DNA of 64,000 nt. Source: an uncultured Gemmatimonadales bacterium. Its GTDB lineage: Bacteria > Gemmatimonadota > Gemmatimonadetes > Gemmatimonadales > Gemmatimonadaceae. Both the position numbers and the translations under genes were made by a program. The notes below the pieces were generated by a model. It did not search any database and was not told the origin of the DNA. It saw only the letters and a list, made by a program, of their open reading frames with translations. Of this stretch, positions 60,091 to 64,000 are shown in pieces. The stretch lies in assembly GCA_963850905.1 (NCBI GenBank), contig CAWKMU010000003.1:3008001-3072000 (forward strand), in the 5' to 3' direction. Each line of letters starts with the position of its first letter. Position 1 is the stretch's first letter.

Positions 60091-61853
60091 ACGACATACG
60101 TTGTCTTGCGCTCGCCGCCGCTTTGGCAGCTGCCGCGGCGCAGCCCGCTCTGGCGCAGCAGCAGGGCTCCGACACGGGCGCGATGGCCGGGATGAAAATG
60201 GGCGGCGGCGGATCCGCCACGCCAGCGAATGCTGCTGGTGACATGGCGTCCATGCCGGGGATGGGGGGCGGCATGGACCGCATGGTCCCGATGCCCAAAG
60301 GCATGCCGATGATGGCTGGGATGGATGGTGCCAAGCCGACCGCGGATCCTTACCTGCCGGGGGCGGGGATCGACCCCGCGACGCTGCCGATGGCTGAGCC
60401 CCGCAAGGTCGTCACGCTCGCCAGCGGCGACACATTCAATCTCGAGGCGCGGATCGTGCGACGCGTCATCAATGGCCGCACGTTCGTGATGTACGGCTTC
60501 AACGGGCAGTACCCCGGTCCGTTGATTCGTGTCAAGCAAAACACGACGATCACGGTTCGCTTCACGAATCACATCGATCAGCCATCCGCGGTGCACTGGC
60601 ACGGCGTCCGCCTCGACAACCGGTTCGATGGAGTGCCGGGACTCACGCAATCCGCGGTCGCTCCGGGCCAGACGTTCTTCTACACCGTGCACTTTCCCGA
60701 CGCCGGGATCTACTGGTATCACCCGCACGTGCGCGAGGACCTGGAACAGGGACTCGGCTTGTTCGGGAACATGATAGTAGACTCGCCCGATCCGGCGTAC
60801 TATAGCCCGGCCAACAGCGAGCAGGTCCTGATGCTCGATGACTTGCTGATCGACCAGAATGGTTTGTTTCCCTTCGGCAAGGACAACCCTGACTTCACCA
60901 TCATGGGACGGTTCGGCAACGTCCTGCTCGTGAATGGCGAGCCGCGCTACACCCTCGCGGTCCACAAGGGCGATGTCGTCCGATTCTTCATTACCGACGT
61001 GTCGAACACGCGCAGCTGGAACATCAATTTCGGCGGCGCCCCGATCAAAGTGGTCGCGGCCGACGTGAGCAAGTTCGAGCACGAGTTGATGACGCCCAAC
61101 GTCACCATCGTGCCCGCACAGCGGTATGTCATCGAGGTGCAGTTCGACAAGCCGGGCACGTTCCCGATCCTCAACGAGGTGCAGGGACTCAACAATTTTC
61201 AGGGCGAGTATTTCTCCGAAGTCGACACGGTCGGCACGGTCACCGTTGCCCCGGAGGCGAGCGGCCAGAATTACAGCGCTGCGTTCGCGACGCTGCGTGC
61301 CAACAAGGACGTCAGCGCCGACATCGACCACTACCGCTCGTACTTCGATAAGGCGCCGGACAAGCAGCTCGAGCTCACCGTCAACATTCAGGGCCTGCCC
61401 ATCCCGCTCGTCGCCTTCATGTCGATCGACACGATGTACTTCTCGCCCGTCGAGTGGAACGACGGCATGCCGGACATGAATTGGATCTCGACGACGAAGC
61501 AGGTGAAGTGGATCATGCGCGATGTGCAGACCGGCAAGGAGAACGAGGACATCGACTGGCAGTTCAAGCAGGGCGACGTCGTGAAGATCCGTATTCACAA
61601 CAATGCCCTGTCGATGCACCCGATGGGACACCCCATCCACTTTCACGGTCAACGATTCCTCGTGCTGTCACGCGACGGCGTCCCGAACCCGTACCTCGCG
61701 TGGAAAGACACCGAGCTCATTCCCGTTGGCCAGACCGTCGACATCCTCCTGGACGCGTCGAATCCCGGCAAGTGGATGGCGCATTGCCATATCGCCGAGC
61801 ATCTCGAGGCGGGGATGCATATGATGTTTACCGTGAGTCCGGCAGGGCAATAA
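60084..61853 (+). CDS. Multicopper oxidase (Met-rich), paralog 2
   Basis: HWHG, WYHPH, HPIHFHG and HCHIAEHLEAGMHM; signal peptide; Met/Gly-rich N-terminus. Confidence 0.95.
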   Translation: MLNDIRCLALAAALAAAAAQPALAQQQGSDTGAMAGMKMGGGGSATPANAAGDMASMPGMGGGMDRMVPMPKGMPMMAGMDGAKPTADPYLPGAGIDPATLPMAEPRKVVTLASGDTFNLEARIVRRVINGRTFVMYGFNGQYPGPLIRVKQNTTITVRFTNHIDQPSAVHWHGVRLDNRFDGVPGLTQSAVAPGQTFFYTVHFPDAGIYWYHPHVREDLEQGLGLFGNMIVDSPDPAYYSPANSEQVLMLDDLLIDQNGLFPFGKDNPDFTIMGRFGNVLLVNGEPRYTLAVHKGDVVRFFITDVSNTRSWNINFGGAPIKVVAADVSKFEHELMTPNVTIVPAQRYVIEVQFDKPGTFPILNEVQGLNNFQGEYFSEVDTVGTVTVAPEASGQNYSAAFATLRANKDVSADIDHYRSYFDKAPDKQLELTVNIQGLPIPLVAFMSIDTMYFSPVEWNDGMPDMNWISTTKQVKWIMRDVQTGKENEDIDWQFKQGDVVKIRIHNNALSMHPMGHPIHFHGQRFLVLSRDGVPNPYLAWKDTELIPVGQTVDILLDASNPGKWMAHCHIAEHLEAGMHMMFTVSPAGQ

Positions 61854-61995
61854 CGGCGGGATCAGGGGCCAGGGGTCAGGGGTCAGGGGTCAGGGACCAG
61901 GGAACAAATCGAAAGGCCAGTCACAGCGCACCGTGACTGGCCTTGTCGTTTGTTCTGACCCCTGACCCCTGACCCCGCCCCTGATCCCGCCGTTA
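61851..61995. repeat. Heptamer-arm (GGGGTCA) long inverted repeat, probable bidirectional terminator
   Basis: taacggcgggatcagggg...gaacaaa..aaggccagtcac / gtgactggcctt..tttgttc...cccctgatcccgccgtta. Confidence 0.8.
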
Positions 61996-62000
61996 TTGCC

Positions 62001-62762
62001 CTACTGTAGCTTCGTCACCTGTGCCCGATACATGACTACTAGCGGCCCATCCTGGCCGGGCCGCGTCTCGGGCCAGAGCGCAAGCGCCCAGCCGGCACCG
62101 AGTGACAGACGCAGGCCGCGTGTGGGCAGGTCGGTGAGCAGATTGCCACCACGCGTGAGGTCACCGGTCGGGATGTGCACGAGGAGTGAATCGGCAAACG
62201 GCCCGTAAATGGCCGGGAGTGTCGCACGCACGATTTGTTCGAACTTCTCGGGACGACGCGTCCGCGATTGCGGTGTATCGAAGTGCACGGTCACGCTGTC
62301 GCCCCGGCGAATGGCGACGACGCTGTCGCGCAGTCGCGTTGCGCCCTCGGCCACGATCGGGAGCAGCGGCGGTGTCTGCGGAAGCGCTGGTGCAGGTGGC
62401 ACTGTCAGGAGTGCAACAGGCAGAAACATGCGACCCACATCCTCGTGCGCGACTCGTGTGGCGGCCGCGACCGCGCGGGCGCGGCTCGCTCGAGCGACCG
62501 TGTGCATGCGCGTGCGGAACGCATCGACGGCCGTCTCCGCGGCTGCGAGGATCTCCGTCGGTTGCGACCCGACAAGCGCCACCGTCAGACCACCGACAGC
62601 GGTCAACACGGCTCCAACCGCAATGGTAATGAGCGCCGCTTTCAGCGCGACGCGACGCCGACGCCTACGTACGGCTTGGCGCGCCTCACGTCGGCAGTGC
62701 AGGCAGACGGTGGTGCCCGGACGTGGCTCGTGCGGGCACGCTCCAAGACTCTGTGGCGACAT
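62001..62762 (-). CDS. Hypothetical membrane-anchored protein with N-terminal Cys/His cluster
   Basis: CPHEPRPGTTVCLHC, an Arg-rich stretch, one TM, and C-terminal VHFDTP..RTRRPEKFE and WPETRPGQDGPLV. Confidence 0.65.
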   Translation of the reverse strand: MSPQSLGACPHEPRPGTTVCLHCRREARQAVRRRRRRVALKAALITIAVGAVLTAVGGLTVALVGSQPTEILAAAETAVDAFRTRMHTVARASRARAVAAATRVAHEDVGRMFLPVALLTVPPAPALPQTPPLLPIVAEGATRLRDSVVAIRRGDSVTVHFDTPQSRTRRPEKFEQIVRATLPAIYGPFADSLLVHIPTGDLTRGGNLLTDLPTRGLRLSLGAGWALALWPETRPGQDGPLVVMYRAQVTKLQ

Positions 62763-62970
62763 CGGGCAACCCAACGCTGAGACGACAGGGAGCCGCGACC
62801 GAGCGAGATGCACCGGCCGGGCAAGTGGCTGACGACGACGCGAAGGCGCGCGTAACTGTGCGCCGCGCGTGATGAGGACGCAAGCGAGAACACGACGAAC
62901 GAGCTCGGCCGGATGGCGACGCATGCTCGCCCTGCTGAGCTCGGCATGCGGCGACAAACCTGCTTTGGCG

Positions 62971-62995
62971 GGTAGGGGCGACGCATGCGTCGCCC
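62971..62995 (+). repeat. GTAG-family REP palindrome
   Basis: ggtag gggcgacgc at gcgtcgccc. Confidence 0.7.
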
Positions 62996-63026
62996 TTTCA
63001 AATGTCGCCGCCCGTACATACCCGCG

Positions 63027-63413
63027 TTACGCGGCCTTCGGCGGCGTAGGCTGCGGCGACAGGCGTATGATGGTTGTCACCGCCATCACGAAGGCGCTCG
63101 TGAACGCGAGCGGGAGGAGCACCCAGAAGGCGACCGTTGCGTCCGTGATCTCACGCGGGGTTGGCGGATGCCCCGACCATGCGGCCGCACCTTCTCTACG
63201 GATATAGCTGGCCCATGCGCACGCCGCCCCCAGCACGGCCACGAGGACCCAGCCCTCAGCGACGTGCAACCAGGACCCGCGATGGATACGCTGGCGGTAT
63301 GGCGGTGAGACCACCGACGCCGCCAAAACGAACGCCCCGTAGCCGACGCAGAGAATCCAGTAGGCGATGTACACCGCGTTTGCGGCACTAGACATCTGGA
63401 TGTATTCGTGCAT
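63027..63413 (-). CDS. Hypothetical membrane protein (3 TM)
   Basis: Three hydrophobic helices in the ORF; start uncertain. Confidence 0.5.
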   Translation of the reverse strand: MHEYIQMSSAANAVYIAYWILCVGYGAFVLAASVVSPPYRQRIHRGSWLHVAEGWVLVAVLGAACAWASYIRREGAAAWSGHPPTPREITDATVAFWVLLPLAFTSAFVMAVTTIIRLSPQPTPPKAA

Positions 63414-63536
63414 CTGAGGCGCGAAGAAGGTACCGGTGATGGTACGGCGCCTGCCGCTGCTACGCCAGCCCCAGGAACTCGACCGCTCCGCCACGCTCGC
63501 CTGGACACCTCACCGACCTGAAGCCCCTATCGACCA

Positions 63537-64000
63537 ATGCGAGGCACGCTCCTGCTCGGCATGGCTCTGCTAGCGCCCTTCGCCCGCGCGCAGGATACGA
63601 CAGGCACCGTGCAGGGCCGCGTGCTGTCGACCGACAATCAACAGCCGCTGGCATTCACCACGGTCACGCTCGATTCCAATGCACGAGCGGTATTCGCCGA
63701 CTCGTCCGGCAGCTTCCGGATGGCGAGGATCAGCGCCGGGCAGCATCACCTGCGGGCACGGGAACTGGGATACCTCCCCCTCGACACCACCGTCGGGGTG
63801 CAACCCGGGCAAACCGTTGAGCTGGTCCTTACCCTGGGCCGAGTGCCCAACATCGCGCCGTACATCCTGCCACCGGTCGCAGTCAAGGGAAGCAAGAAAT
63901 GCCGAAGCCCCGGCATATCCGACTCCACGATGAGCCCGGACGTCGTCACACTGGCGACGCAACTCGTGGTAAACGCGCAGCGGGTTCACCTGCTCGTGGT
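63537..64000 (+). CDS. Exported protein with carboxypeptidase-like regulatory domain (partial, runs off the window)
   Basis: Manual translation: MRGTLLLGMALLAPFARAQDTTGTVQGRVLSTDNQQPLAFTTV...DSSGSF...LRARELGY. Confidence 0.75.
   Translation, partial: MRGTLLLGMALLAPFARAQDTTGTVQGRVLSTDNQQPLAFTTVTLDSNARAVFADSSGSFRMARISAGQHHLRARELGYLPLDTTVGVQPGQTVELVLTLGRVPNIAPYILPPVAVKGSKKCRSPGISDSTMSPDVVTLATQLVVNAQRVHLLV

Noticed and set aside
20128..61652. Long antisense ORFs (e.g. 20128-21708, 41978-43600, 55835-57073, 60054-61652)
   Set aside because: They are shadow ORFs of high-GC coding strands, fully overlapping well-supported genes and lacking motifs.
4987..61995. CRISPR array interpretation of the short repeats
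   Set aside because: The repeats are tandem heptamers or dispersed palindromes without regular unique spacers, and no cas genes are present.

Overview
GC-rich bacterial window. Lipoprotein-rich genes, SusC/SusD-type TonB systems, GTAG-type REPs and heptamer hairpins suggest Gemmatimonadota; this is an inference. It holds about 47 genes and no rRNA, tRNA, CRISPR array or transposase that I can recognise. The left end is housekeeping or accessory: APC permease (partial), GT4 glycosyltransferase, GH63-like glucosidase, MBL hydrolase, acetamidase, TolB-like protein, GNAT, aldo/keto reductase, crcB and an orphan histidine kinase. The most striking content is a candidate copper-linked cell-envelope system. 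It consists of a Met-rich DUF305 lipoprotein followed by four tandem LVIVD-type beta-propeller lipoproteins, with a fifth paralog at 34.5 kb and a divergent sixth at 13.4 kb. All six share four His-centred motifs, and the five close paralogs differ mainly in one hypervariable insert. Also present are two copies of a 'small accessory protein + Met-rich multicopper oxidase' module, a DUF305 remnant, an SOD-like lipoprotein, a Cys/His-rich exported protein, DegP and three paralogous SusC transporters (two with SusD). Other genes are hpnI with an HpnL-like partner, a CocE/NonD hydrolase, a CBM9-like protein coupled to a di-heme PQQ dehydrogenase with a DxD motif, and a type IV pilin with a sigma54 promoter and a structured leader. 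Five genes carry single-base frameshifts that may be assembly errors. Start codons were chosen by eye from RBS and signal-peptide context, and family calls come from motif recognition, not database searches.
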